Shown here piece after piece: positions 35,901-48,589 of a stretch of 64,000 nt of DNA (positions are counted from its first letter, which is position 1; every line of letters begins with the position of its first letter). Under the pieces are notes generated by a model that had not been told where the DNA came from, did not search any database, and was given only the letters and a program-made list of their open reading frames with translations. The stretch is from Macrostomum hystrix (Eukaryota; Animalia; Platyhelminthes): positions 1,488,001 through 1,552,000 of the forward strand of contig CATNEN010000025.1 in the NCBI GenBank assembly GCA_950097015.1. Reading direction: 5' to 3'. The translations under genes were made by a program, and so were the position numbers.

Positions 35901-38615
35901 TGCATCCCAGTGTAGCTATAAATTAGTAGCTGCCACACTTTGCAAATAAATATATATGTAAATGAGTAGACTATATAGTAGTGTATCGAAAGGGCTGCCA
36001 ATATGCTAACTGAATGAAGATTTAATTATTCCACCTCCACCGGTGTTTACTCTCCGTTTCCTGCTCCATCTCAAAATCCAACCTAATCTCTTTCTCTCTC
36101 TCTCTCTTTAATCTCGCCGTCTCTCTTATCTAAGTTGGCCAGCTTGAACTTAATATAATCTTATATTATTAAGCCTGGCCGTTTTGTCCGACGATAAGGT
36201 CCAAGATTTTCAACAGTCTTATCTATTTTAGTTGCCTACTTCACAGTATGGTGGCACCGTTTACATGTACACACACCAAATATAGTATATATTAATAATA
36301 TACACACGCATATATGAAAATGAGATTTGAGCCGCCTGTCAGTCCAACTTCCGTCTGTGCTCCAAGCCTCTTAAAGGTTGATTCGGTGGATTTTTTTGCC
36401 CAGTTTTAAAAGGTGATGAAAGAAGTTCACTTTGAAGAGGCTAAATCAGGTGCTTCATGGTGGGCTGTTTTTCCAGGAAGCAATAATAAGCACCTCTGTG
36501 TTGAAGATGCCCGTTAGAAATTGCTGCTTTTCGGTTGAAGCACTATTATTAAAAATTGCTTATATTAAAAACTACTACCGATTAGGATTTCTGAGCCATC
36601 ACCTGTTCTTTTTTAATGTAATGAGATGAAATGGGATGGATGGAATCGAATGGGATGGGATGGATTGGGATGGATTGGGATCGATTGGGATGGAATGGGA
36701 TGGATTGATATCAAATGGGATGAATTGGAATGGAATGGGATGGATTGGTATCGAATGGGATGGATTGGTATCCAATGGGATGAATTGGGAACGAATGGGA
36801 TGGATTGGGAACGAATGGGATGGATTGGGAACGAATGGGATGGATTGGGATGGAATAGGATGGATTGGGATGGATAGGGATCGATTGGGATGGAATGGGA
36901 TGGATTGGGATCGATTGGGATGGAATGGGATGGATTGGTATCGAATGGGATCGATTGGGATTGATTGAGATGGAATGGGATGGATTGGTATCCAATGGGA
37001 TGAATTGGGAACGATTGGGATGGATTGGTATCGAATGGGATGGATTGGGTCGATTGGGATGGAATGGGATGGATTGGTATCGAATGGGATGGATTGGTAT
37101 CCAATGGGATGAATTGGGAACGAATGGGATGGATTGGGATCGATTGGGATGGAATGGGATGGATTGATATCAAATGGGATGAATTGGAATGGAATGGGAT
37201 GGATTGGTATCGAATGGGATGGATTGGTATCCAATGGGATGAATTGGGAACGAATGGGATGGATTGGGAACGAATGGGATGGATTGGGAACGAATGGGAT
37301 GGATTGGGATGGAATAGGATGGATTGGGATGGATAGGGATCGATTGGGATGGAATGGGATGGATTGGGATCGATTGGGATGGAATGGGATGGATTGGTAT
37401 CGAATGGGATCGATTGGGATTGATTGAGATGGAATGGGATGGATTGGTATCCAATGGGATGAATTGGGAACGATTGGGATGGATTGGTATCGAATGGGAT
37501 GGATTGGGTTGATTGGGATGGAATGGGATGGATTGGTAACGATTGGGATGGAATGGGATGGATTGGTATGGATTGGGATCGAATGGGATGGATTGGGATG
37601 GAATGGGATGGATTGGTATCGATTGGGATGGATTGGGATCGATTGGGATGGATTGGTATCGATTGGGATGGATTGGTATCGATTGGGATGGAATGGTATC
37701 GATTGGGATGGATTGGGGTCGATTGGGATGGAATGGGATGGATTGGTAACGATTGGGATGGATTGGGGTCGATTGGGATGGAATGGGATGGATTGGTAAC
37801 GATTGGGATGGAATGGGATGGATTGGTATGGAGCGGGAACGAATGGGATGAATTGGGATAGAATGGGATGGATTGGTATCAAATGGGATGGATTGGGATC
37901 GATTGGGATGGAATGGTATCGATTGGGATGGATTGGTATCGATTGGGATGGATTGGTATCGATTGGGATGGATTGGGATCGATTGGGATGGATTGGGATC
38001 GATTGGGATGGAATGGTATCGATTGGGATGGATTGGGGTCGATTGGGATGGAATGGGATGGATTGGTAACGATTGGGATGGAATGGGATGGATTGGTATG
38101 GAGCGGGAACGAATGGGATGAATTGGGATGGAATGGGATGGATTGGTATCAAATGGGATGGATTGTGATCGATTGGGATGGAATGGTATCGATTGGGATG
38201 GATTGGGATCGATTGGGATAGAATGGGATGGGTTGGTATCGATTGGGATGGATTGGGATCGATTGGGATGAAATGGGATGGGTTGGTATCCAATGGGATG
38301 AATTGGGAACGGATGGGATGGATTGGGAACGAATGGGATGGATTGGGAACGAATGGGATGGATTGGGGTGGAATAGGATGGATTGGTATCAAATGGGATA
38401 GATTAGGATAAAATAGAATGGTATAAAAGGGATAATATGTGATGCTTGTGTGAGGAGATCGGATGTTAACGGGATAGTACTCGTAGATGGTATGGAATTG
38501 AAGAGAAATAGGATGAAATTACAAAGAAATAGTATAGGATGGGAGAGAGATTGTGTGGGATTTGAAGAGAACAAGGCAGAAGTTGATATTATAGAAAATA
38601 GAATTCGCTCACCAT
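20918..38615 (-). CDS. Calmodulin-like protein, 156 aa, 6 coding exons: 38613-38615 (ATG), 32429-32459, 32072-32215, 21294-21403, 21072-21219, 20918-20952
   Basis: All junctions are GT-AG and in phase. Joined protein: [156 protein letters not shown]. It has four canonical EF loops, and the 3/31/144-nt first exons match vertebrate calmodulin. It is too divergent to be calmodulin itself. Exon 1 is inferred from AAATG|GTGAG. Confidence 0.92.
21450..25037. repeat. 22-bp satellite (GAATCTGAATGTTTAGGATTGA)n, ~160 copies, in calmodulin-like intron 3
   Basis: Long homogeneous tandem array. Confidence 0.98.
25775..26305. repeat. 22-bp minisatellite (TAGAGTAGATTGGTAGACTGGA)n
   Basis: Tandem copies. 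Confidence 0.95.
26790..27400. repeat. 12-bp minisatellite (GCAAAGCATCCA)n
   Basis: Tandem copies; source of the LLDA / KHPA ORFs. Confidence 0.93.
27925..28385. repeat. Pentamer-based microsatellite (GATGG/GATGA/GATTG)n
   Basis: Tandem imperfect pentamers. Confidence 0.93.
29135..30625. repeat. 15-bp G-rich satellite (GGGAGTGGGATGGAT)n
   Basis: About 100 tandem copies with ATAGAAGT variants. Confidence 0.97.
31505..31955. repeat. 16-bp minisatellite (GTGGAGTGAGGTGGTT)n
   Basis: Tandem copies. Confidence 0.93.
33495..35760. repeat. 14-bp satellite (CTGCCACTCTCTAC)n with a 518/532-bp higher-order repeat, in calmodulin-like intron 1
   Basis: Variant block GCAATAATCTACC recurs at 33841, 34373, 34891, 35423 and 35605. 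Confidence 0.97.
36625..38405. repeat. Pentamer-derived satellite (GGATG/GAATG/GATTG) with 459-bp and 270-bp block duplications
   Basis: Marker GATTGATATCAAATGG at 36703 and 37162; GAGCGGGAAC at 37831 and 38101. Confidence 0.95.
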
Positions 38616-38735
38616 TTCGCGCGATGTTAAAGTTGGCGCCAGGACGCAGAAAGTCTGTCTGAATCACATGTCTATGGGTTAATTTATTTTACTAAGGAAA
38701 TTCCGGAATTCAACCACTTCTGATTGGTTAGAAGG
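38615..38735 (-). promoter_or_regulatory. Probable 5' UTR and core promoter of the calmodulin-like gene
   Basis: Immediately upstream of the ATG exon; minus-strand CCAATCAG box near 38720-38728 and an AT-rich TATA-like stretch near 38680-38690. Confidence 0.35.
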
Positions 38736-39109
38736 TCCATTTGAGGACGATTTCGTGGACCAATTATATTGCTCTACAGTTGAAAAAAAAAATTAACTTT
38801 CTCATTTTAAATGTGCAAATGCACACATTGCTGTCTACTGTTAGTAGCGTATTAGTATCAATAGCAGAAAACTAATCTTTTTTCAAACAAACAATGTGAA
38901 CCTCTAGTGACAGTACCTTGTTAAAGATTCCAAATCAAGAGTGTACCCACCAGTGATGCTGTTCAGATAAGTGAGTCATTAATAAAGTCATTTGGCTAAG
39001 GGAAAATCGAGGCGCTCACTGAGTGTACTTTTAAAGTCTAAGTACATAATTATGCATCAGCTAAAATTGCGTTCAATGATTTTGATAATGATTGATGATC
39101 AATGAGTGT

Positions 39110-39745
39110 ATCTGGAATTCAGTGAATCTGGAATTCAGTGAATCAGGAATTCAGTGAATCAGGAATTCAGTGAATCAGGAATTCAGTGAATCAGGAATTC
39201 AGTGAATCTGGAATTCAGTGAATCAGGAATTCAGTGAATCTGGAATTCAGTGAATCAGGAATTCAGTGAATCTGGAATTCAGTGAATCTGGAATTCAGTG
39301 AATCTGGAATTCAGTGAATCTGGAATTCAGTGAATCAGGAATTCAGTGAATCAGGAATTCAGTGAATCTGGAATTCAGTGAATCTGGAATTCAGTGTATC
39401 TGGAATTCAGTGAATCAGGAATTCAGTGAATCTGGAATTCAGTGAATAAGAAATTCAGTGAATCTGGAATTCAGTGTATCTGGAATTCAGTTAATCTGGA
39501 ATTCAGTGAATCTGGAATTCAGTGAATCTGGAATTCAGTGAATCAGGAATTCAGTGAATCAGGAATTCAGTGAATCAGGAATTCAGTGAATCAGGAATTC
39601 AGTGAATCTGGAATTCAGTGAATCTGGAATTCAGTGAATCAGGAATTCAGTGAATCAGGAATTCAGTGAATCTGGAATTCAGTGAATAAGGAATTCAGTG
39701 AATCAGGAATTCAGTGAATCAGGAATTCAGTGAATCTGGAATCTG
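39110..39745. repeat. 16-bp minisatellite (GGAATTCAGTGAATCW)n
   Basis: About 40 tandem copies, each containing GAATTC. Confidence 0.96.
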
Positions 39746-40836
39746 GGCCAGAATACACTCGTTTTATTTCGCTTTCGTCAGTGGTATCTATATCTAATAC
39801 TCGTGCCTCAGTGCAACGTCATTCTTAGATTACTGCTGACTGATAAGCATCTAAAGTCAAGTTATATATTAATTTGCACAGGTCACATGACTCTGGATAG
39901 TAAATAAAAACTCAAAAAGATTAAAAGTAAACGATAGCAACTGGCAACCGGTAAGTACGAGCTAGAACCAACGGCATTTTCTCATTTTTACGCCAAAAAC
40001 GATGAGCGGAACAGTCCTGTTTCATCTGGCCCTGAGGGTCGGCGTCGCTGTGTCACGCTCCGGTTCTATTGATACTGTCTGGAACAGGCTTGGCTCTCGG
40101 CGACTTAGCCGCGCCGGCGGCTCTTATAGGCAAGCGGTTGACGGCTACGGAGTCACTCCGACAAGCCGGCCCTTTGAGCTTTGCGATAATATTCCAGCAG
40201 CAGGATTTGCGGCTTCCTTGTCAGATGTGCTGCGTATCCAACAGCACCGGCTTAAGGTGACTGCCCGTCTAATTAGAGAACTTGACTGCTATTGTACGCA
40301 TGCAAGAATGATGCAGAATTACTGACAGACTTTTGCAACCAAGGGGTTACTTTGAGCTAATAACTCATTTTAATTACTCGTACTTTTGGCTAAGAAATGA
40401 CTCATCATTGTCAGGTGGGCCAGTTCTTAATTTCTATCGAAATGTATAATATTGAAAATTTAAATTTAAAGGCATTGTAAATAGATTGGCTGTACAAACA
40501 ATAGTATTTACATATCATAGCTATCAAACAAGTATCTAAAGCCTTCAGAACATGCTCAAGTATTTAGTTTATGAAGCAAATAAGCCATGAAGCTGAATAC
40601 TATGATTAAAGCTTTTTACGAAATGAAGTTAAATAAATTATTACTGTTTAATAAAATGACAGTATTTACGCTCGTATACATGGACATTTGATTGATACAC
40701 ACGTCTAAATATCGAACTTAGGGACCGTGGTGCGAGAGGCAAACGCGTTGCCACTGACCTAAATTACAATATATAAATAATGTTATTACGGTAACAAGGA
40801 AGTCTACTATATAATATTAATCGATTGCACCTGCTC

Positions 40837-41078
40837 CGATTGGGCCACATGTGCAGCCGACAGAACAGCCGCAGCTATAGCGTTCAGTTCTAGGACTGGG
40901 GGGACGCCACACCCACCTCAATTACCCCCAGCTAATGCTAGCTCGTAGTACCCATTTAGCAGCTGGGTGAACTGAATCGATGCAGAGTTAAGTGTCTTGC
41001 TAAATGGACACAAATTGTTCCAGTGGAGTCAGGAATCGAACCCCCGACCTTTAAATTATGATTCCGACGCTCTAACGA
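40837..41078 (-). mobile_element. tRNA-derived CORE-type SINE, copy B
   Basis: Minus strand B-box GGTTCGATTCC; TTGTGTCCATTTAGCAAGACACTTAACTCTGC...CCCAGCTGCTAAATGGGTAC; shared 3' end GTCGGCTGCACATGTGGCCCAATC. Confidence 0.82.
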
Positions 41079-41186
41079 CATGGAAGATTGATCATTGATC
41101 ATATATACAGTATTTACACAATCTGAGTCACACCAAGCTGTTGTTAAATTGAGCATACAAATACACAGCTGGAAACTATTTTAAAG

Positions 41187-41557
41187 TTACGAACTAGCAT
41201 CTCTTTGCTGGCGCCGATCTTTGGCAATGAAATGCAGGACCTGGCTGCCTAGCCCCTTTACAACGCGATGCAGCTGTGTCAACGAATTCGTGCGGGTCGA
41301 GGTTTCGTTGCCTCCAGTGGCGCCAGCTAAGTCATCTACGAAGCCACTGTCATTGGACTGAATCCAGGCGTCGGAGTCGCCATCCGATGGGACACTGGCA
41401 TCGTTTGTCACATTGCAAACAGAATCCTCAACTTCCTTGCCGTGGCCAAGATCCGAAGAGCATGTCGACGATGTCAATTGATCGTCTGTGCCAACCTCCG
41501 GGTGGTTGTCAGCGTTGTTGAATTCGGTAGCCAGAATTTTCTTGACCGGTTTTTCCT
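41187..41557 (-). CDS. Unassigned exon-like open frame (acidic, Ser-rich), unknown gene
   Basis: Stop-free ~120 codons EKPVKKILATEFNNADNHPEVGTDDQLTSSTCSSDLG...QQRDASS after a candidate acceptor TTTTCTGCTCATTCAAG; no recognisable domain. Confidence 0.3.
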
Positions 41558-42424
41558 TGAATGAGCAGAAAATTATAGTCCCGGTCTCTCAGACTGGTCA
41601 CTGGTCACTGGAACATATTCAGGTTCAGGTACTATATGCCTTCATAAATTTACTACCTTAATTCAGACGGATTTTCCTTGGCATAGCCATGGCTTAACCT
41701 TGGGAAACCCCTCCTGTACTTGTGTACAGTGTGCGCAGCCAAGTGACGCTTCTTTTAGTGTACATATGCTGCTTAATTTACATGGCTATACAAATTCAGC
41801 GCTCACTGATGCTGTTAGCAGTGGCGTAGCCGGGAATTTCAATTGGGGGAGGCCGGGTTGGCCTGGCTGGCCATGCCTCATTTCCATAGACACTTTGCAC
41901 ATACAACAGTGCCACGCGGCATGCCACACCATAGTGATGGCCAATGTCCCAATCCCAATGTTATGTTATATACGCGCAGAAAGAATGCATTAATACTCGT
42001 ATATTCAGGTACTCGTATATTCACGTATATTCGTATATGCGTTAAATTTTCTTGCCTTGCTAATACGAGCTATTTAGACAGATTTTCCTTGGTATTGCCA
42101 TGGCTTAACCTTGGAAAACCCCTCCTGTACTTGCGTGCGCAGCCAAATAAAGCTTCTATTAGTGTACATATGCAGCTTTTAGAATAGCTGTAAGACCTAC
42201 GAACTACTACTTGCAGTAGAGAAGAAAGTAGGTCATTATAAACTCTTGGATTTTGGAATTAAAGTCTGAGAATAGCCAGAGGTAAGAGATACAAGCTATC
42301 TAGGACTCAAATGTAAGTTAAGGCGGAGAAGATTGAAAACGAGAGAAGAGAAGTACGAGCTACACTGTACGTTCACAATTCATATTTTTCTGAATACAGT
42401 GTATTCAGTGTATTTAATTCCAAA

Positions 42425-43545
42425 CTCGGTGGCCCGCGGCGCGCTGCCTCACGTGCTCCGTGCCTACAACATACCGCAGCAGCTGATCTCCGCCATCATG
42501 GCACTGTATCAAGACACCACCGCTGTGGTAGCGACGCCAGACGGACCGTCGGACCTGTTCAGCACTACCTCCGGAGTGCTGCAGGGTGACACCCTGGCGC
42601 CTTTTCTTTTCGTGCTGGTGATGGACTGGGTGCTCAGGACCGGCCTGCCGACTGCAGAGGACGGTTTTCTGCTTCAAAGACGCACTAGTCGACGGCACCC
42701 GGAGAAGAAGTTGTCTGTCCTCGGCTACGCGGACGACCTTGCCCTGCTGTCTACGACGGCCGAAGGCGCCCAACGGCTGCTGGATGGCCTGACTGCGGCG
42801 GCGGCGAGGGTCGGCCTCGCTATCAACGCCATGAAGACCGAGGTGCTGACGGTGCCGCAAAACCTACCTGCCGAGATTCGACTAAGAGACGGTGACGGCC
42901 CCGGGACCGTGCTCCCGAAGTGCCGTCAGTTCGTCTACCTCGGCGGACTGGTGCCTGACGTGGGCGACGACCTGGCGAGACGACGCGGCAAGGCCTGGGC
43001 CGCCTACCGTTCTGTGCGGGCGGTGCTACTCTCCGAGGCCCTGTCGAACGGCGCCAGGTCCCAGCTGTTCCAGGCGGTTGTCGAGACCGCCCTCTTGTAC
43101 AATGCTGAGACCTGGACGATGACCGGGGCGCTCGAGGCGCAGCTCGACGCGGCGCACGCGGCCCTAGTTCGCGCCGCTTTCGGCGCCCGCTGCGGCCCTG
43201 GCAGCGAGACAACCGAGTCCCTGTACCAGCGTGCGCGCCTAACGCGGCCTTCTGTCCTGCTGAGTCAGCGGCGACTGCGGCTGGCCGGGCATGTCATCCG
43301 CGCCGAAGCCTACTGCCCAGAGCCGCTGCAGGATGTCCTGCTGTGGACCTCGCAGGGACCGCGCAGGCGCGGCCAGGGACGAACAGCCCGCTATATTGAC
43401 CGCCTTTTTGAAGACGCCCGAGCACCCAGCCAGGCGGCAGGCGTGAAGCACGTCAGAGACCTGGCACTGAAACGCGCGTTTTGACGCTCCCCCCTCTTGG
43501 CCACTTCTGTGGTCGGCGTGGAGTGTAACTATTATTATTATATTT
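42425..43545 (+). mobile_element. 5'-truncated RTE-like LINE with an uninterrupted RT frame to its native stop
   Basis: GVLQGDTLAPFLF, LGYADDLALL, FVYLGG, YNAETW and RLRLAGHV motifs; stop at 43482-43484; ~45-bp 3' UTR and (TAT)n tail. Confidence 0.93.
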
Positions 43546-44407
43546 TTCTATTTTGCTTTACTAGGCTATAGGCTTGAAAAATTCTGTTAATAGAGAGGAT
43601 TGTTTGATGTAATGGCATAGTAAAAAGAAAAAAAACTTTTTAACAAAAAAAAACAAATCTTCTCAAGGGAAATTTCCAGAACATAGTACTCAGAACTGTA
43701 CTTAGAATCAGAATCGAACCATTGTAACGCTTAACTCTGGTCTTGAGGACTTTCTAATTGAGTTTCAAGTTTAATAATCAGTAGCCCGATAAGTATAGGC
43801 ATATTAACGCTACTAATTTAGTAAAATACTCGTAACTTGTTGAAAATGTATTTACTCTTAACTTGAAATAAAGCTGTTAAAATGTATTAAAACTACGAGC
43901 AAATTTAACCTGTAATATCTTGGTGTTAGCGATTAAGATATAAAAAATTTAGAAGAAAAAATCTATATTACAAGTTTGCAGTGACACTTGGTGGGATTAA
44001 GCTGAAGTTAGTACGAGTATAAGCCTGTTAGCAGAGCATACAGAGTAGTGGCACTTCACCCTCGTCTCAACACGACAGTTCTCCTTATGGCAACAATTAT
44101 TTTAGTCTCTCTCTACTGACCCCCAACTTAGGTGGAGCGGTTAGGGCCAGCGGTGCAACAGTTAAATTGAGAATAAAGCAAAGCACGAAGGGACGGCAGT
44201 TGGTCGTTCACCCGCGTGGGTGAGAGATGTCGAACTGTCCCTACAGGAGGGGCTGAAATAGTTTGGTCTGGGCGAAGGTTGGTGCAGGCCTATAACTTGT
44301 CTCATGCAGCGCTAAACAGCGACTTCCCCCCTATAAGTCTCTCCCTACTCACTACTTTATTCCCACACCCGATCATTCCCTGCATGGCATGCTGCCAACG
44401 GTCAGTA

Positions 44408-44791
44408 ATGAAAATCTTGAAAACTGAGTTGAATCAGAAAGATTCCACTATATACATGGATACCAACCTGGCCACAAAAATAAAAGCAGAGGATTTCTTC
44501 CTCACAAATTCGCGGTTTTTTGGCAACAGGACTTCACATACCAACCAATCAAGTTTAAAAGGCTTCAAAAGCAGGAACACAAATCCACTCGTCATGGTTG
44601 AGAACGAACCGAATGACAACATTCAGACATCGCCAGCTGTGTCGCTGAGCAAGGAAGTCGTCGACTCGCGCTCCGTCGTGCCCACGCTGGAGCTGGCGAA
44701 GACCTCAACAGATCAGGCCAATCCGGTCTCGGAGGATCCAGCCCGACAGCCAGAGCAGCAACAGTCCAGACAGACAGTTTTGGAGCAATGA
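44408..44791 (+). CDS. Possible low-complexity coding exon or ORF, unknown function
   Basis: Stop-free 127 codons (MKILKTELNQ...QPEQQQSRQTVLEQ) with coding-like composition in the 3' half; no domain or firm splice sites. Confidence 0.25.
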   Translation: MKILKTELNQKDSTIYMDTNLATKIKAEDFFLTNSRFFGNRTSHTNQSSLKGFKSRNTNPLVMVENEPNDNIQTSPAVSLSKEVVDSRSVVPTLELAKTSTDQANPVSEDPARQPEQQQSRQTVLEQ

Positions 44792-45520
44792 AGTCCAGGT
44801 CAACAAGAGTGGACAGAGGACAACACTGAGCGACCGGTTCAGTGAAAACTAAAGATGACCCATTCGATTTGGAGGAATAACGCATAATTCATGCATAACG
44901 CAGCTTATACTTGGAATTCATGAACCTGTAAAGCTACAGAAAGCTTAAATTCGCAATATGCATAAAGCTCAACTTTGTAAAATATGGGGTTTGTAAAATA
45001 ATAAAGAAAAAATTGAGTGAAGGATTAGTGAAGGAAATAAAAAGATACTTCTATATGTCATTTACAATGGTTATATAGAGCTATATAAATAGAATTTGGA
45101 CAGAGAACTCCCTGCCAAAGCAGCAGTTTCTGGACCAGTGTAGGCTGACTGGCTGCCTCACGTACGCACTAGGCTGTTGCGCACTAGACATTCTGATGCA
45201 TAGCATGTAAAGCATAGTCTGATCTAGTTTTCTATTCTGTCAGATATTCCTTTGCTGGCCCAATTGGAGATCTACACCACAGAATACACCAGAATGCTCA
45301 ATCAAGCAAGCAGTAAAGTTTTTACTTACTCCTGAGCGTCACATGCAAGTTGAGCTACTGCTAGTAGTCTACTTAATTAGTCTTTTGGTGTCTATAAGAA
45401 CTGAAGGCTAATGATACTCGTATATTGTTGATAATGTTTTTTGATGACAAATCTGAAATCCCTTAACTTTATTTCAAATTTTAGGGAGCATTCGTACAAG
45501 CATAATTTTGACTTTGTCCG

Positions 45521-45763
45521 GGGGTTGTAGCCTAATTGTGGTTAGAGCGTCGGGCACAAGAATTGAAGGTCAGGGGTTCGATTCCCGACTCCACTGGAAC
45601 AAATTGTGTCCTACAGCAACACACTCAACTATGCATTGATTCATTTCAGCCAGCTGTTAAATGGGTACCAGCATCAGCGTCACCCCAGTCCATGGACTGA
45701 ACAGTCGTACGCAGCCTTCAGATGCGCCGCGCAATAGCTGCGGCTGTGCTGTCGGCTGCACAT
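45521..45763 (+). mobile_element. tRNA-derived CORE-type SINE, copy C
   Basis: GTAGCCTAATTGTGGTTAGAGCG (A box), GGTTCGATTCCC (B box), CAGCTGTTAAATGGGTACC, and the shared 3' end. Confidence 0.85.
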
Positions 45764-47134
45764 TTGATTTTCCCGGCTTGGTTAAAACAACTTAATCGTT
45801 TGTCCTACAGCCTACAATTGCAATTACAATTATAATTTAAATAGATCAATTACAGTAAAATAAATTAATTAACCGTACGAGTAACAGACATAAAGTTTTC
45901 ATGCTTTAAAACCACACCACAAACGCTAGGATTTTTCTTTTACGAAGCATTTTTTATTTAATGGCAAGACATTTTTTTATTACAATTACAATTTGTAGCG
46001 TGAACTTACGAGAGTCATATTATTGATGTTCTCATTTTCCGTTTTCCTCCCTCCGCTTGAAAGTGTAAAACAACAGACAGATAACTTGTCACATGACCCG
46101 AATGCGCACGTGAAACCGTCTAATATTCCGAAAATAGAATTTTATACTAAAAGGCAAATATTTTTCAACTTTTCAGCAGTGCTATAGGTTTGAATATAAG
46201 TGAGGGATGGGTCAGACAGTGAGTTGCCTCACCTTAGCAACAGATGCAACACCTTATTAATTCTGAATCACATGACTGAAAACTATCAAGGCTGAACCTG
46301 AATAGCATCTCGCGTTATGTGTATAAAAAACTAAATTAGAAAAAACAGCAGTCTCAGCTTTCCCTTAGAGAAACGAGAACAGCTGACTCCACCGTTAACC
46401 TGGGATCACGTGCCTAAGTACTAAACCTATTATTATACTTCCATTATTTATCGTTGAGTTTATTGTAATCGTGGCTTAGTCAGCCAATAGTTAAAGGCTT
46501 TAATAAAATTAAAGTACAGTAAGGCGGGGCGGGGGCAGAAAAATGGAATTGCCCACGCGACTGGCTAGACTGGCGTGGACAGCCCAATGACCCGCAAATG
46601 AAATTTTTATGGCATTGAAACGTCAAATTGTAAGCGAATTGTAAACACTAACAGTTGCTAAGTGTCAGTGCGTTGTCGTTGTGAAAACATTAAAAATAAA
46701 TCCATGGTTTTGAGGCCATTGAAGCATCAAGTGAAGTCCACGAGTGTACTAACAGCGCCCACCAGTGATCTAACAAGGTAGATAGGATTCTCATAAGCCT
46801 AAAGATGCATTCAAGAAATGTCAACTCTTTTTGGAATTTTACGTACAATAAATTTCGCTTAAAACTACCCCGTTTTCACTACCCAATCATAAATTTCAGC
46901 CAACCAGACAACTATAGCAGAGATACTACCTTATAACTTTCGCATATTAGAGTAGTTTTAGAAAGGCTGGCAAAGAAGAAAGAGAGGACCACACCTGACA
47001 GTCTGAGTGGAAGTTAATTGCCGAACAAATCGCATGTAGTTAGTTAAATGAAACGATTTAAATCGCTTGACAACATACAAAAACTGCTACGATTTACAAA
47101 ACACCTATTCTTTGGAATAGGTGTAAAGGTATAA

Positions 47135-48559
47135 ATGCCCCAAGGAGGAGATCAGGAAGACCTCTTCCCCTCGAGGCCAGCTGGCTCTCAGCCGAACTCG
47201 CCGCAATCGTCCATGACCTCGCTATCCCACATGGTGGAAGATCTGCAAGTGACGCCCCTGGAGTTCGACCTTGGAAGTTCAGCAGCGAGGCTGACCGAGT
47301 TACCCGCGCTGACGGAGCTGTACAGCGAGCTTGTGAACAGGCAAGTTGAGAGCCCGGCGGCATCATCCGGATCTGGGAGCTCCATTCCTTGTGACGAAGC
47401 CCTTCAGAGCGAAGATACCAGCGCCAGGGCCAACTTGTTGCCCGCGTGGGCTGCAAAGCCAACCGACCACCATCGCAGTCTCAGCCACCTGCACTCCGCG
47501 ATCAGACTGCACAGCGTCTCGCGACACGCATCTGACCCAGCTCGCTACAATGTCAGGGCCAACAACCAACGGGCTGGCTCCCAGTTACAGGGGACTCAGT
47601 CTACGTTGCCTCCCAGTGTTGACGCCCTGGAAGAAGCCGGAGTAGATGTTGAACCCGACAGCACGAGTCTTCCTCCAACTGTGCCGATCAAAACTGAAAC
47701 AGGGGAGGACTCAAATGCTGCTCAGAGTCCAACGGAGGAGCCAGAGGGTGCGTCTGGCGTGAACCACCAGGTCCTTACTGCTGCTGCTGCTGTTGCTGTG
47801 AACTTGTTAGCAAAGCCGATGCCTCTAGACAAGACTGCTGTCCTGCCAGCCAGCATGGTTGACATCCCTGTGAACTCGGTATCCGTGGTTAGGCAGGAGA
47901 CTGGCGTCAAGAGTCAAGAACACCAGCACGAGCAGCAGCACAAGCAGCACCAGCAGCACCAGCAGCAGCACCAGCACCAGCAGCATCAGCAGCACCAGCA
48001 CCAGCACCAGCACCAGCAGCATCAACAGCAGCTAGGACAAGAGCAATCAAGCACAGAAAGGTAGGAACATTGAGAAGTTTTGCTGCCAAATTGGCAACGG
48101 CAAGCCACTACGGCTTTAGCCCTCTATTTTATATTCATAGTAAAGTGCACAAAATACTTGGTGCGTTCTGCAACAAGTACATCGGGGAAACCCGTCTAAA
48201 ATTAAAATAATATACAATTATGGATGCATTCATAATAATAACTAAAATTATTTTCCTTTACCAAATGGCGTTTCTTATTCAACAGAGAAGAAGCGGCTGA
48301 AGTGCCTAAAGTACCATTGGTGAGCTATCAGCCTGAACCGCAGCCGCAGCTGCTGCCACTGCCGCAGTCGGAAAGACAGAACCTACTTACGCAGCCGCCG
48401 CCGCCGCAGCCTATTCATGCTGATCAGTCGGACCAGATCATTCCGATCAGGTCTGGTCACGAACGCATCCGTATTCATGGTCGTGCTCGCGGGGTGAGAC
48501 AGCTAATGAGGTCGTTGCGCAACTTGTTCCAGCTTTGTGCTGGGCGAGGTACCGAATGA
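47135..48559 (+). CDS. Intrinsically disordered Ser/Pro/Gln-His-rich protein (exons 47135-48060 and 48286-48559), function unknown
   Basis: 309-codon ORF ending at an AG|GTAGG donor; acceptor TTCTTATTCAACAG| at 48285 continues in phase into EEAAEVPKVP...QPPPPQP. Contains a poly-Q/H tract and an IKTE SUMO-consensus motif. Confidence 0.65.
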
Positions 48560-48589
48560 GCATCGTCAGCCCACTTAGATTGACTGATA

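Noticed and set aside
271-38392. Long periodic ORFs ([49 protein letters not shown])
   Set aside because: Each coincides with a tandem array and is open on both strands or in several frames; several lie inside calmodulin-like introns.
41655-42185. ~110-bp direct repeat pair flanking a CAGTGGCGTAGCC hAT-like end
   Set aside because: The duplication is real, but no matching right TIR or TSD was found, so no element could be defined.
45330-46260. Strong minus-strand donors at ~45330 (GA|GTAAGT) and ~46232 (AAG|GTGAGG) as exons of a gene joining the 41.2-41.6-kb frame
   Set aside because: No phase-consistent model or recognisable protein could be assembled; needs RNA-seq.
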